A stretch of DNA of 64,000 bases from Prevotella sp. (GCA_031285625.1 JAITVV010000007.1:128893-192892); one strand, 5' to 3'. Numbered from the stretch's first letter, positions 9,814-19,820 are shown. Notes: a model not told the origin generated them from the sequence alone. Made by a program: numbers and translations.

Positions 9814-11703
9814 ATGTATAGAAAGCTATTACTTCTTATCTTCATCGGATTAACATATACTCTAACCGGGTATGCCCAAAAAGACACTATCAACCTGAAT
9901 GATGTGGTGGTAACCGGTACACGGGCACAAATAAACCGCAACAATGTACCTATGACTATTTCTGTAGTTGACAGAGCCGAAATAGAAGAAAGTAGCGAAT
10001 CGGCACTCTTACCGGTCTTATCAGAACGGATTCCGGGAATGTTTGTCACCGAGCGTGGCATAACAGGCTTTGGAGTATCCTCGGGTGGGTCGGGAGGAAT
10101 CACTATGCGCGGAATAGGCGGATCACCGACAACGGAGGTTCTAATACTTATCGATGGACATCCTCAATATATGGGATTGATGGGACATCATCTTCCGGAC
10201 GCATATGTAGCTTCCGATGTAGAAAAGGTTGAAGTAGTAAGAGGCCCGGCATCAATATTATATGGAAGTAACGCTATGGGAGGTGCCATTAATATAATCA
10301 CCCGAAAGCAGAATAAGGATGGGTGGAGTGCAAACGGACGGCTAATGTATGGTTCGCACAACACCCAGAAATATATGGCAAATGCAGGAATAAAGAAAGG
10401 GAAATATGATGGCTTTGTATCAATAAATCATGACAGAACAGACGGACACCGTAAAAATTCTGACTTTCACATTACAAATGCATATGCAAGATCGGGATAC
10501 AATATTTCTAATAATATAAGAGTATGGGGAGATGTGAGTGTTGCCGCTTATAAAGCACAAAATCCGGGAACGGAAGATGCACCAATGCTTGATAATATTG
10601 CTGATATCGTTCGTGGTGTTGCATCTTCTACACTGGAGAATAATTACGAAAATACAGATGGAGCGCTGAAGCTATTTTACAACTTTGGGAATCATAAAAT
10701 CAATGACGGATATGCAACAGGGAAAGATCCTAAGAATTACCGCTTCCGTTCAAATGATAACAATTTCGGGGCTATGCTATATCAGAATTTCAGAGCTTTC
10801 CAGGGGAATATAATCACTGCCGGAGTAGACTTTAAAAGTTTTGGCGGGCATGCATGGAACAGATATGAGGATGGTACTCCTGATGCAAATATTGTAGATA
10901 CTACAGTATATGAAATAGCGACATATGTTATCATGCAACAAACCTTGTTTGAAAAACTAACCCTGAATGGCGGGGTACGGCTAGAATATAACAGAGAATC
11001 CGGTAACGAATGGATACCCCAGATCGGTTTTGCATATCGTCCTTGGGAAAGTACTGTGATCAAAGGCTCGGTAGCAAAAGGTTTCCGCAGTCCTACAATC
11101 AGGGAATTATTTATGTGGGGAGCAGCCAATCCTGACCTGAAACCCGAACGAATGGTGAATTATGAAATATCTGTAGGACAGAAGTTCCTAAATGGGCGCT
11201 TATATGCTGAGCTTACCGGCTTTATTGCTGATGGAAGTAACCTGATAAAAACAGAGCCTATAAAAAATGATGATGGAACAACCAAAATGGTGAACATGAA
11301 TACAGGAGATTTTCTAAACCGTGGTATTGAATTCAGCATAAAATGGAATGCTATAAGGAATCTGCATTTACATGCCAATTATTCGTTTCTGGATATGGAT
11401 AAGCCTGTTATATATGCACCTAAGCAACAAATATTTGTCTCAGCCAGCTATCGCCTGCAAAAATGGAACATAAGTGCAAGCTATCAATATATAGATGAGA
11501 TGTACTCTGTAACCGGAGACAATGCTGTAAAAGAAAACTATGGCTTAGTAAATGCTAAAGTATCATTCCGTCCGACAAAGCAACTTGAGCTGTTTGCTAA
11601 GGGAGAGAATCTTACTGATAAGAAATATGAGATCATGCGTGGATATCCTATGCCAGGAACAACCATATTGGGAGGTGTAAATATATCTTTGGGCAATATA
11701 TAA
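9814..11703 (+). CDS. TonB-dependent outer-membrane receptor, probably for nickel or another metal
   Basis: Signal peptide, TonB box DVVVTGTR, plug motif VEVVRGPASILYGSNAMGGAINIIT, beta-barrel C-terminus. Lies directly downstream of nikR; substrate is inferred from context. Confidence 0.88.
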   Translation: MYRKLLLLIFIGLTYTLTGYAQKDTINLNDVVVTGTRAQINRNNVPMTISVVDRAEIEESSESALLPVLSERIPGMFVTERGITGFGVSSGGSGGITMRGIGGSPTTEVLILIDGHPQYMGLMGHHLPDAYVASDVEKVEVVRGPASILYGSNAMGGAINIITRKQNKDGWSANGRLMYGSHNTQKYMANAGIKKGKYDGFVSINHDRTDGHRKNSDFHITNAYARSGYNISNNIRVWGDVSVAAYKAQNPGTEDAPMLDNIADIVRGVASSTLENNYENTDGALKLFYNFGNHKINDGYATGKDPKNYRFRSNDNNFGAMLYQNFRAFQGNIITAGVDFKSFGGHAWNRYEDGTPDANIVDTTVYEIATYVIMQQTLFEKLTLNGGVRLEYNRESGNEWIPQIGFAYRPWESTVIKGSVAKGFRSPTIRELFMWGAANPDLKPERMVNYEISVGQKFLNGRLYAELTGFIADGSNLIKTEPIKNDDGTTKMVNMNTGDFLNRGIEFSIKWNAIRNLHLHANYSFLDMDKPVIYAPKQQIFVSASYRLQKWNISASYQYIDEMYSVTGDNAVKENYGLVNAKVSFRPTKQLELFAKGENLTDKKYEIMRGYPMPGTTILGGVNISLGNI

Positions 11704-11721
11704 TAGAAATAGGTATTAGTT

Positions 11722-12291
11722 TCATTTATTCCGAAACCACTTCTTTTTCAGAAAAGGGCACGCTGTTGAATCGCGTTTTGACTTCAATGGATAAAAGTCA
11801 GCCTTTTTACTACATGGATTCTCTTTAAAAGAAGGATAGTTCTCCATATAACCAAGGTTTGTATATTCTGGTTGAATATAATCACTGATATTTACAATAT
11901 TCCCGTCTGGTAATATCTTATAATCCCGAAAAATAACACACTTATTCCCTTCTTCGCGGATTACCTGCGTTTTTATCAAATCGCCCTCTACTTTGTATGT
12001 TCCCCAAAGAGGATACTTACAAATATCGGATTGTCCTCCATTTTCAAAGCAATCGACAAGTTCAGGTAAGATCTCGCTAGTAGTAGCTATTGTAAATAAA
12101 CCGTTAGTGTAAAACATATACATAGAATAGAATGTAGTATCGCATTTGTACTGTGAAACATAGTATCCATTTATATCAATTAATTTATCTAATCCTGTAT
12201 CCTTATTTTCGTGGCGGTATGTAAAGTTTTTAGGACCTCCACAATTATAGAATAGCAATGCTAAAAATATAGCTAAATATATCTTCCTCAT
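11722..12291 (-). CDS. Lipoprotein of unknown function, putative immunity protein
   Basis: MRKIYLAIFLALLFYNC lipoprotein-type signal at ATG 12291, 1 bp after the stop of the toxin-like gene. Confidence 0.6.
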   Translation of the reverse strand: MRKIYLAIFLALLFYNCGGPKNFTYRHENKDTGLDKLIDINGYYVSQYKCDTTFYSMYMFYTNGLFTIATTSEILPELVDCFENGGQSDICKYPLWGTYKVEGDLIKTQVIREEGNKCVIFRDYKILPDGNIVNISDYIQPEYTNLGYMENYPSFKENPCSKKADFYPLKSKRDSTACPFLKKKWFRNK

Positions 12292-12292
12292 T

Positions 12293-13126
12293 TTAATATA
12301 GAGTATATGGCTTGTCCACACCAATTTGCAGAAATTGATTTTTGTAATCACCCGATCTAAAATCCGGAGTATTAAACAGACTCCTGTGCCACCCATTTTG
12401 ACCGGCAACCCCTCCTACCCGGTTATTTATACCATAACGCAAGATCATACCATTGGTTGCATATCCTACATATACTGGGCTTGAGATTTGTTTTCCATCG
12501 CAATAAACACCTTTACTATTATTTAATGAAGCATCAGTAACTCCGTTAATATCTGTAGTATATACATTAGTACCTATCATAAATCCTTTGAAACGTACTT
12601 CCAATGCTGCAGTACGGTAACGGTCATATACTTTAAATCCGGTAAAAGGATAGGCTAGTATATCATCCTCAAAATTAATTCTAAAGTCATTCAGATGAAG
12701 GCTAACAATACCTGATACCTGCTTATCACCCTGATAATATTTATTTACATAATATGATCCTCCATATTTGCCATCATCAAATTCTACCCCGGCAAACGAT
12801 GTTCCCAAACCAAATTTCTGATAAGCCTTATAAGCATCCATGCCTGTAAGAAGAGTCCAGTTGTCAATGGTTTGTGAAAGAGTAATACCTGCCCCCACGC
12901 GAAAACCGTTACGATCAGAAGCACCGGTAGTAAATAGTGCTACAAGTGAAATTGATACCCGAAAACCGTTATTTTTTTCTAGCCCGAATGTCAAAGTAGT
13001 AAGGTAGTCGTTATCGTAACGGAATTTATATTGTGAGTATGATTGTTGTGAGTATGATAAGAATAAAAACAAAATGATACATATAATATTATACTTATGG
13101 TTCTTTATCCTTTTTTGTAATTTCAT
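12293..13126 (-). CDS. Exported protein with polymorphic toxin type 23 (Ntox23)-like domain
   Basis: Hydrophobic N-terminal signal; C-half FEDD...DRYRTAA...IGTNVYT...VYVGY...RYGIN...QNGWH matches the recalled Ntox23 pattern (ND, DxxR, His). Confidence 0.6.
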   Translation of the reverse strand: MKLQKRIKNHKYNIICIILFLFLSYSQQSYSQYKFRYDNDYLTTLTFGLEKNNGFRVSISLVALFTTGASDRNGFRVGAGITLSQTIDNWTLLTGMDAYKAYQKFGLGTSFAGVEFDDGKYGGSYYVNKYYQGDKQVSGIVSLHLNDFRINFEDDILAYPFTGFKVYDRYRTAALEVRFKGFMIGTNVYTTDINGVTDASLNNSKGVYCDGKQISSPVYVGYATNGMILRYGINNRVGGVAGQNGWHRSLFNTPDFRSGDYKNQFLQIGVDKPYTLY

Positions 13127-13297
13127 TCCTGTTTGCTCATGCAGATTTTCTCCAAAAGTATTAAACTATTTCGGTTTTTTATCTTATAGAAAGAATTTTC
13201 GTTATTTATTATGGATTTTAGATCTTATATAACTCTAAGTATAAAGCATAATTGATATATTTACATACTAAAACTATTTACTAAACAATACAAAACT

Positions 13298-13792
13298 ATG
13301 AAGAAGATCAGCCTAGTCATTTTATGTGTTCTAATGATAACATGTACACCTGACAGAAAAAAGGATAATACAGGGAAAGAAACTCCGGAAAAGGAAATAA
13401 TCAGAGAAAACATTAAGGAAGAAGTTGATATACCTGAAACAGAAAAAGAAGTAATAACAGATAATATATCTAATGGTGAAAAACCTCTTGTAACTGTAGA
13501 ACAAATGCCTTCTTTTAAGGGAGGAGAAGCCGAAATGTTTAAATTTATTTCTAACAACATGAAATATCCTGCCAGTGCTAAAGAGAACGGTATACAAGGT
13601 CGTGTTACAGTTCGTTTTGTAATTACTTCTGCAGGAAAAATCACAGATGTACAAATAATCAGAGGCATTGATCCGGCATGTGATAAAGAAGCTATACGCA
13701 TAGTAAAAAGTATGCCTGATTGGGAACCGGGTAAACAAAATGGTAAAGCAGTATCAGTATATTATACGCTGCCTATCAAATTTAGCTTGTAA
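13298..13792 (+). CDS. Energy transducer TonB (C-terminal domain protein)
   Basis: VEQMPSFKGG, YPASAKENGIQGRVTVRFVI, WEPGKQNGKAVSVYYTLPIKF. Confidence 0.9.
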   Translation: MKKISLVILCVLMITCTPDRKKDNTGKETPEKEIIRENIKEEVDIPETEKEVITDNISNGEKPLVTVEQMPSFKGGEAEMFKFISNNMKYPASAKENGIQGRVTVRFVITSAGKITDVQIIRGIDPACDKEAIRIVKSMPDWEPGKQNGKAVSVYYTLPIKFSL

Positions 13793-13816
13793 TCACAGGA
13801 TAAAGCATTGTCCTAT

Positions 13817-14677
13817 ATGAAAAAAATGAATCTACTCTTTTCATGGATACTTCTCTCATGCTGCATGTTTGCTCAGACAGAGAGGAATATTATCGGGACA
13901 TGGAAGTTTCTCAAAATTGATGCTATTGTAGAAACGAACTCTAGAGAAGCCACAGATAAGATCGTTGAAGATATTAGATCTCAACTAGAGTCAGATAGTA
14001 TATATATAGAATTTACCACAAATGGTGAATGGATAACTATAGGAGAAGGTGTTCAAGGTATTGGCACCTATTCTGTTAATCAGAATAGGCTGACTGATCT
14101 GGAGACAAATATATCAATGGACTACAGAGTGAATAAAGACACACTGATTTTAGATGTTGATTTCAATAAACTCGATACCTATGACACACATAAGTTAACA
14201 AACATGGATATAACCCCCGAATCTATAATTATAGATAAGATCCTGGCTGAAACATATTTTTTAAGAGTTGATCAATCTTCGAATAGAATGAGTGAATTAC
14301 CTGATAATTTAACAGGAGTGTATACTCCATCAGGAGAAGATTCGCAAACCTGCCAGATAGAACTCATATCAAAAAACAGTAATAATATATACCAATACGT
14401 CCTAAAAGAAGACACAAAACAGACCCAGGGTACTATATCTTTTTATGGAGACTATGATATAGACAGAGAACTTACTATAGAACTTGAAGGATATAAATGG
14501 GAATCAGTAGGTGACATTAGTGATGAAAACGAGGCATGGCCCGTCTCTGAAACAAGAATAGGACTTGAAGGCACCTTAAAAGATGGTGAAATCACATTTA
14601 TGAATTATAGAAACACAATGGACTACTATATCAAGTTTAGTTGTCCGCAAAAGTTTGTAATATTAGAGAAGAAATAA
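13817..14677 (+). CDS. Exported hypothetical protein (lipocalin-like N-terminal region)
   Basis: Signal peptide MKKMNLLFSWILLSCCMFA followed by IIGTWKF and GTYSV motifs. Confidence 0.6.
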   Translation: MKKMNLLFSWILLSCCMFAQTERNIIGTWKFLKIDAIVETNSREATDKIVEDIRSQLESDSIYIEFTTNGEWITIGEGVQGIGTYSVNQNRLTDLETNISMDYRVNKDTLILDVDFNKLDTYDTHKLTNMDITPESIIIDKILAETYFLRVDQSSNRMSELPDNLTGVYTPSGEDSQTCQIELISKNSNNIYQYVLKEDTKQTQGTISFYGDYDIDRELTIELEGYKWESVGDISDENEAWPVSETRIGLEGTLKDGEITFMNYRNTMDYYIKFSCPQKFVILEKK

Positions 14678-14698
14678 AAGAGACTATTTAGTCTCTTT
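14677..14698. terminator. Bidirectional intrinsic terminator
   Basis: AAAGAGACTA-TT-TAGTCTCTTT between convergent ORFs. Confidence 0.7.
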
Positions 14699-14712
14699 CC
14701 TTTACTCATTAG

Positions 14713-14868
14713 TTAACCTCTATCCCTTGTATTTTCATCGGGATTCAAAATATCATTTTCTCTTTCGACCTCACGATCAGAAACTGTTCGCGGGTTTTTC
14801 TCATCGCTTTTATCTTCTGTCACTTTTTGAAAAGCGTTTTCCTCAGCTTTATTTTCCTCTTTGCACAT
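14713..14868 (-). CDS. Small acidic protein (51 aa), not in the ORF track
   Basis: MCKEENKAEENAFQKVTEDKSDEKNPRTVSDREVERENDILNPDENTRDRG*, ending just before the terminator hairpin. Confidence 0.5.
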   Translation of the reverse strand: MCKEENKAEENAFQKVTEDKSDEKNPRTVSDREVERENDILNPDENTRDRG

Positions 14869-15108
14869 AATAAATAATAGATTAATTCATATTTTGTAAA
14901 CATAAAAAGTCATGATAAAGTTTATTGAAAGCCTGTATACAGGCTAATTTAATAAAAAGTGTAGCATAAAAAAGTCATATTTCACCAAAGATATATTAAG
15001 CTTAAAAATCTCATAATCAAAAGGATCCTATTCTCCTATCGAAAGAAAAAGTCATCACCCCCTAAAAACAAGATTTATTTTATATTATAATTTATATTTT
15101 TGGAATGT

Positions 15109-15224
15109 TAACCTTAAGTCTATTAGAAAGAATAAGATTTTGATAATAAGAGGTAGTAGTGTTTGTGTACATTTTGTTCGAATTAGATTAGATTAAGAAA
15201 AGGGCTGGTGACAGTCCTTTTTTT
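15109..15224 (+). ncRNA. Candidate small RNA
   Basis: TATTTTTG (TAnnTTTG) box at 15095-15102 and terminator AAAAGGGCTG-GTGA-CAGTCCTTTTTTT at 15198-15224, with no annotated ORF between. The downstream gene has its own TATATTTG box. Confidence 0.4.
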
Positions 15225-15288
15225 GATTTGCACTATATGTGATTAGATCCGTAAAACATTCCTATATTTGTAAAAACATTACAAATAA

Positions 15289-15783
15289 ATGGCGTTAGAC
15301 ATAATACTAATTATAATAGGGATTATACTTATTGTTTTGGGGATTGTTGGCTGCATAGCTCCGGGACTTCCAGGCGTACCACTCAACTATCTTGCAATTA
15401 TAGTATTACAATTTACATCTAAAATTAATTTTTCTACTGAGTTTCTTATTCTTTGGGCTATTGCTGTTATTATAGTCCAATTACTGGACTATTACATTCC
15501 GGTATGGGGCACTAAAAAACTTGGCGGAGGTTCCTATGGAGCCTGGGGTTGCGCTATAGGTATCATCCTTGGACTGTTTGTATTTCCTCCATGGGGATTC
15601 ATTTTCATGCCTTTTGTTTGTGCTGTAATAGGTGAGCTATTAGACAATAAGGAGTTTAAAGTCGCATTAAAAGCTGGTTTTGGCGCATTTATCGGATTCC
15701 TGGCCGGAACTCTCATGAAACTTATAGTTGCAATCATATTATCCTTCTACTTCTTCAGGGAAGTATTCAGATATTTCATTTAG
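15289..15783 (+). CDS. DUF456-family membrane protein
   Basis: GIVGCIAPGLPG, LDYYIPVWGTKKLGGG, GPF-like/AVIGEL hydrophobic pattern. Confidence 0.85.
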   Translation: MALDIILIIIGIILIVLGIVGCIAPGLPGVPLNYLAIIVLQFTSKINFSTEFLILWAIAVIIVQLLDYYIPVWGTKKLGGGSYGAWGCAIGIILGLFVFPPWGFIFMPFVCAVIGELLDNKEFKVALKAGFGAFIGFLAGTLMKLIVAIILSFYFFREVFRYFI

Positions 15784-15826
15784 CAGATAAGCTATTTGGC
15801 TGAACCTATAAATATTTAATGTCCTA

Positions 15827-17356
15827 TTAACTGTTAACTGCTATATCTTTTTCATAATAGCCTATCAGCACAGGCTTGAAAAGTGTGTTTATATCCAGTT
15901 TGTCCATATCTGCTTTTTCATCATTTGCAAAAAGGAATAGAGACGGGTAATTGCTTTGATTCAGATATTGGTAAGCAATATTGGAAGGCAATTTCAGGTT
16001 ATCAGGAACTATGTAACGTTCCGAAGCCATATTAAAACCCCAGTCGCCGAATGACGGTACATTCACATGGTAAGGCACTACACAGGAAAATTCCTCTTTT
16101 AATGTCTTGTTGATACACCAAAAGGCATTTTTCGTATAATAAGGACTGTTGGACTGTGTGACCATAACCCCGCCCGGCATCAGATTATTCTTTATCAGAC
16201 GGTAAAAAGCTGTGGTATACAGTTTATTTAAGGCATCATTATTGGGGTCGGGCAAATCGATAATGATAACATCATACAATTTTTGAGGATGCTGCAGATA
16301 TGTAAAAGCGTCCTCTATAATTATACTCACTTTAGGATTAAAAAAAGCGCTATCGTTTAACCGGCATATTTCCGTATATTCTTTTGCTAATGAAACTACT
16401 GCATCGTCCAGATCCACCAGTGTAATGGTTTCTACACCGGGATATTTCAGTAGTTGTTTTGCTGCAAGCCCGTCCCCAGCTCCCAGCAATAAAATATCTT
16501 TCGCATGTGGACATGCCGCCATCGGAACATGCACTAACGGTTCGTAGTAACGGTATTCGTCCGCAGACGAAAATTGAATATTTCCATCGAGGAAAAGGCG
16601 TAAATCATTTTTATGTTTAGTAAGGACTATTTTCTGGTAAAGGCTTTGCTTAGTATATACAATCCGGTCGCGGTACAACCCTTCTTCAAGATTATAAGTT
16701 ATGTAGTCTCCACTAATAGTAAACCCAAGGATAGTAACAAAACAGACAACCAGCGTACCCTGAAAGAACTTACTGTACCGGAGATACTCCCTATAGCGCA
16801 CAACAATGATAGTGGCAGCAATCAGATTGATAAGGCCCACAACAAAACTTGTGGTTACATATCCCAGTTGAGGCAGAAGCAGTAAAGGGAAAGCGATAGA
16901 ACCTATCAGCCCGCCAATATAATCGAATGTGAAAAGATTGGCAATATTGGATTTTATATTTTGCTTGTGTTCCTCAATGATACGCACCAACATTGGGATT
17001 TCGATACCGACAAGCATACCAATGGATAAGGTAAGCAGATACATCACTAAAGGGTAAATACTGGTATATATATGGCAGACAAACAGCAATATACTAGAAA
17101 AACTACCCAGCAGACCGACTGTAATCTCTACCAGAGTGAAAGCATCGAACAGATTGCGGCTCACATATTTTGACACATACGAACCCACACCCATAGCAAA
17201 CAGATAGAGCCCTATAGTAATAGAGAACTGGGTAATGCTGTTTCCCAACAAATAAGAACTCAGACTGCCTATAATCAACTCGTAGACAATCGAGCAGATA
17301 GAAATCAGAAGTGTAGTAAACAGAAGCGGGACCGCATTGAATTGCTTTTGTCCCAT
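15827..17356 (-). CDS. speE: Membrane-anchored polyamine aminopropyltransferase (spermidine synthase-like)
   Basis: About 7 N-terminal TM helices (SICSIVYEL...), then LFLDGNIQFSSADEYRY, LLLGAGDG, VDLD, IIIDLPDP, VPSFGDWGF. Confidence 0.88.
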   Translation of the reverse strand: MGQKQFNAVPLLFTTLLISICSIVYELIIGSLSSYLLGNSITQFSITIGLYLFAMGVGSYVSKYVSRNLFDAFTLVEITVGLLGSFSSILLFVCHIYTSIYPLVMYLLTLSIGMLVGIEIPMLVRIIEEHKQNIKSNIANLFTFDYIGGLIGSIAFPLLLLPQLGYVTTSFVVGLINLIAATIIVVRYREYLRYSKFFQGTLVVCFVTILGFTISGDYITYNLEEGLYRDRIVYTKQSLYQKIVLTKHKNDLRLFLDGNIQFSSADEYRYYEPLVHVPMAACPHAKDILLLGAGDGLAAKQLLKYPGVETITLVDLDDAVVSLAKEYTEICRLNDSAFFNPKVSIIIEDAFTYLQHPQKLYDVIIIDLPDPNNDALNKLYTTAFYRLIKNNLMPGGVMVTQSNSPYYTKNAFWCINKTLKEEFSCVVPYHVNVPSFGDWGFNMASERYIVPDNLKLPSNIAYQYLNQSNYPSLFLFANDEKADMDKLDINTLFKPVLIGYYEKDIAVNS

Positions 17357-17358
17357 CT

Positions 17359-17568
17359 CTACTGTATTGCCCCGCTAATAATAATGCCAATAGCAATAAT
17401 AAATCCGCCCATGGCTATACCCGCAGCCGAGTTATGGTCATCAATGGCTTTGTTTAGGTCTATTTTAGCCAGTTTACAAAGCAATACCATTGCATAATAG
17501 CCAATGGCAAACAGGGCGATACCTATAGCCCAATATTCTATTGTAGATAATATTCCTGACATACTCAT
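17359..17568 (-). CDS. DUF350-like small membrane protein
   Basis: Two TM helices with DLNKAIDDHNSAAGI...IAIGIII. Confidence 0.7.
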   Translation of the reverse strand: MSMSGILSTIEYWAIGIALFAIGYYAMVLLCKLAKIDLNKAIDDHNSAAGIAMGGFIIAIGIIISGAIQ

Positions 17569-17772
17569 TTATCCTCCTACGATTACAGACCTGATAATAA
17601 TAGCAAGCCCAATGAAAATACCGGCTACAAGAAAACCTGTAGCATTACTTTTCTCTTCGAAGATTTCGCGCGTAAACTTGTATGGAATAAGCAAATCCAT
17701 AATTACGGCACCTATGATAAGTAATACGATGCCAAGTGCACCATAACCTATCGAATTCAGAATTTGTGACAT
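17569..17772 (-). CDS. DUF350-family small membrane protein
   Basis: From ATG 17772: MSQILNSIGYGALGIVLL...DLLIPYKFTREIFEEKSNATGFLVAGIFIGLAIII. Confidence 0.8.
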   Translation of the reverse strand: MSQILNSIGYGALGIVLLIIGAVIMDLLIPYKFTREIFEEKSNATGFLVAGIFIGLAIIIRSVIVGG

Positions 17773-17797
17773 ATCCTTATATAATTTATAATATTTA

Positions 17798-19342
17798 TTA
17801 CTTACCGAAACTTGTACCCCCACCCTGCGAACTGCGGCTATATATACTGGACTGGCGGGTGCTGGATACATAATTATCGTACTTTGTTGTATTTATAGTT
17901 GTGTGATCCGGATAATTGTTTCTGGCAGCCGATCTGAAGAACCAATACATGCGATGCCTGTGATATGCCCTATAGGGGCTATATTCTTCCTGAGGCTCCT
18001 CTCCTTTTTTATCTATTTGAACCATTGTATTGCCATCTTCTCCCATATAAATAAGGGCTGTTTCTTTATCAGTCTGTACCATTATCAGGTCTTCTCCGAT
18101 AGAATCATTGGAGGTTACAACCGATTTTACATTTTCAGGATCCATATCAATTATGATTTTGCATGTGGCATCCGGATCATAATCAGACCTATAGATATCA
18201 CTTTTGGTATTAGACTTATTATTAGATGTCACTGATGTTTCGTAAGCAAACATCGCATTCGACTTCAATCCGTCCTTAATCGGATGTTTAGAATCACACG
18301 ATGGCCAAAACATTACAAAAGCTACTACAGCCACAATCGCAGTCCAGATATACCCTTTAAAACCTTTACCTTTTCCGGAATTGCTACTTTCACTCCAATT
18401 GCTGATATGCTCGATACCTAAGAGCTCTATATCCGTTTCATAAACCTCCTCTCCCAGTGAAGCCTCGGTTTCGTCTTCCCATATTTCGACGGATAGTTGT
18501 TCCCCACTTGTTGAACGGTACTCTTTGTAAGAAAAAGACTCATTATAATCAAAATCAACATCACCTTTACAATCTGCGACTCTGGCCTGACCTTTTTCTA
18601 CAAATCCAAAAATTATATTATTATATTCTACTTTCTTTTCCGAATCCGAAAATTTAACACCTCTGTACGGAACCGAATAAGACAGACTAATTTCATAATT
18701 TTCTTTACTTATTTTTTCTACTGAAAGCCAGTATTCTTTCCGGCCTCCATCAAGCTTATACTCTGTCCATGAGGCATTTTTATGTTTATGCTTAACATAG
18801 CCAACAATGGTATAATTTTTACCCTTTATTTTTAGTTTCTGACCGACAGGCAGTTTTTCCCATTCATGCTTTTTCTCTACAGGAAGCGATGGCGGAACGA
18901 ATAATGATTCGGATTTTATATTTTCGAACAAAACTCTTTCACCTACATAAAACTCGCTGTATCTTCCCCATGTTTCGCTGCTGAATATATGCTGGTTATC
19001 ATGCACCGATTCGTAGTCGATAAAGTGCACTTCATTTCCCATTGTGACATCGCTTATACCACTTTTATTAATTACAGTGGCATCCCCTTCTTCAAGAATA
19101 GACGAGCCCTCATCATGAGGTTTAGGAAATAAAGCGGGATCAGCTACTTTGTAAAGGATAAGTTCTTCCCGAGAGGATAATTCGATATTGAACCAAAACT
19201 CTTCTCCGTTAGATGTATCTGTAAGCAAGAATTCTTTCCACTGATACGCCCCCTGTTTGAGCTCCATTACTCCTTTTATAAGGAAAGACCGGCTATTGAT
19301 CTCGAGGCTATCGTTTCTTTTGAGTTGGTATATTCTTTCCAC
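17798..19342 (-). CDS. Tandem DUF4178 domains + TM helix + DUF4247-like C-terminus
   Basis: Two repeats of W[KT]E[FY]xL...W[FL]x[IV]E...G.A.V...G..D...S.E.W, then a TM segment. Ends RQSSIYSRSSQGGGTSFGK. GTG start. Confidence 0.7.
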   Translation of the reverse strand: MERIYQLKRNDSLEINSRSFLIKGVMELKQGAYQWKEFLLTDTSNGEEFWFNIELSSREELILYKVADPALFPKPHDEGSSILEEGDATVINKSGISDVTMGNEVHFIDYESVHDNQHIFSSETWGRYSEFYVGERVLFENIKSESLFVPPSLPVEKKHEWEKLPVGQKLKIKGKNYTIVGYVKHKHKNASWTEYKLDGGRKEYWLSVEKISKENYEISLSYSVPYRGVKFSDSEKKVEYNNIIFGFVEKGQARVADCKGDVDFDYNESFSYKEYRSTSGEQLSVEIWEDETEASLGEEVYETDIELLGIEHISNWSESSNSGKGKGFKGYIWTAIVAVVAFVMFWPSCDSKHPIKDGLKSNAMFAYETSVTSNNKSNTKSDIYRSDYDPDATCKIIIDMDPENVKSVVTSNDSIGEDLIMVQTDKETALIYMGEDGNTMVQIDKKGEEPQEEYSPYRAYHRHRMYWFFRSAARNNYPDHTTINTTKYDNYVSSTRQSSIYSRSSQGGGTSFGK

Positions 19343-19347
19343 GTTTA

Positions 19348-19707
19348 TTAGATGTTAAAGTTATCATTTCCCCGTTCTATCACCTGTATATACTTTTCCT
19401 CTGGTTGATAATAATCAGACAGCAAATCGATAATCACCATTGTATCTGCATTGCCACAAGTAAATACATCAAGAAATATAGACTTGTACTCGGGATATGT
19501 ATGAATGGATATATGCGACTCTGCCAACAATGCAAATGCAGTGTATCCTCCATTGGGAAAAACAGTATGACCAAACTTTATCAAAGTCAAATGGGCATGT
19601 TTACAGCAATTTTCAAAACATTGTTGCAAACTGTCTTTGTTGTAGTCTGTGTTAGATATACCATAAAATTCAGCCAGAATATGGTTCCCTTTAAACCGGT
19701 GTTTCAT
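19348..19707 (-). CDS. speD: S-adenosylmethionine decarboxylase proenzyme
   Basis: GNHILAE, GYTAFALLAESHISIHTYPE (E|S pyruvoyl cleavage site), DVFTCG. Confidence 0.92.
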   Translation of the reverse strand: MKHRFKGNHILAEFYGISNTDYNKDSLQQCFENCCKHAHLTLIKFGHTVFPNGGYTAFALLAESHISIHTYPEYKSIFLDVFTCGNADTMVIIDLLSDYYQPEEKYIQVIERGNDNFNI

Positions 19708-19820
19708 TTATCATAGTTTGTTTGTCGCAAACAAATATATAAAAAAACGATATATACTCAATGCGACTGTACTTTTAAAAGCTTGTTTAATTTTAACCGG
19801 CGAATATAATTATTTTGATA

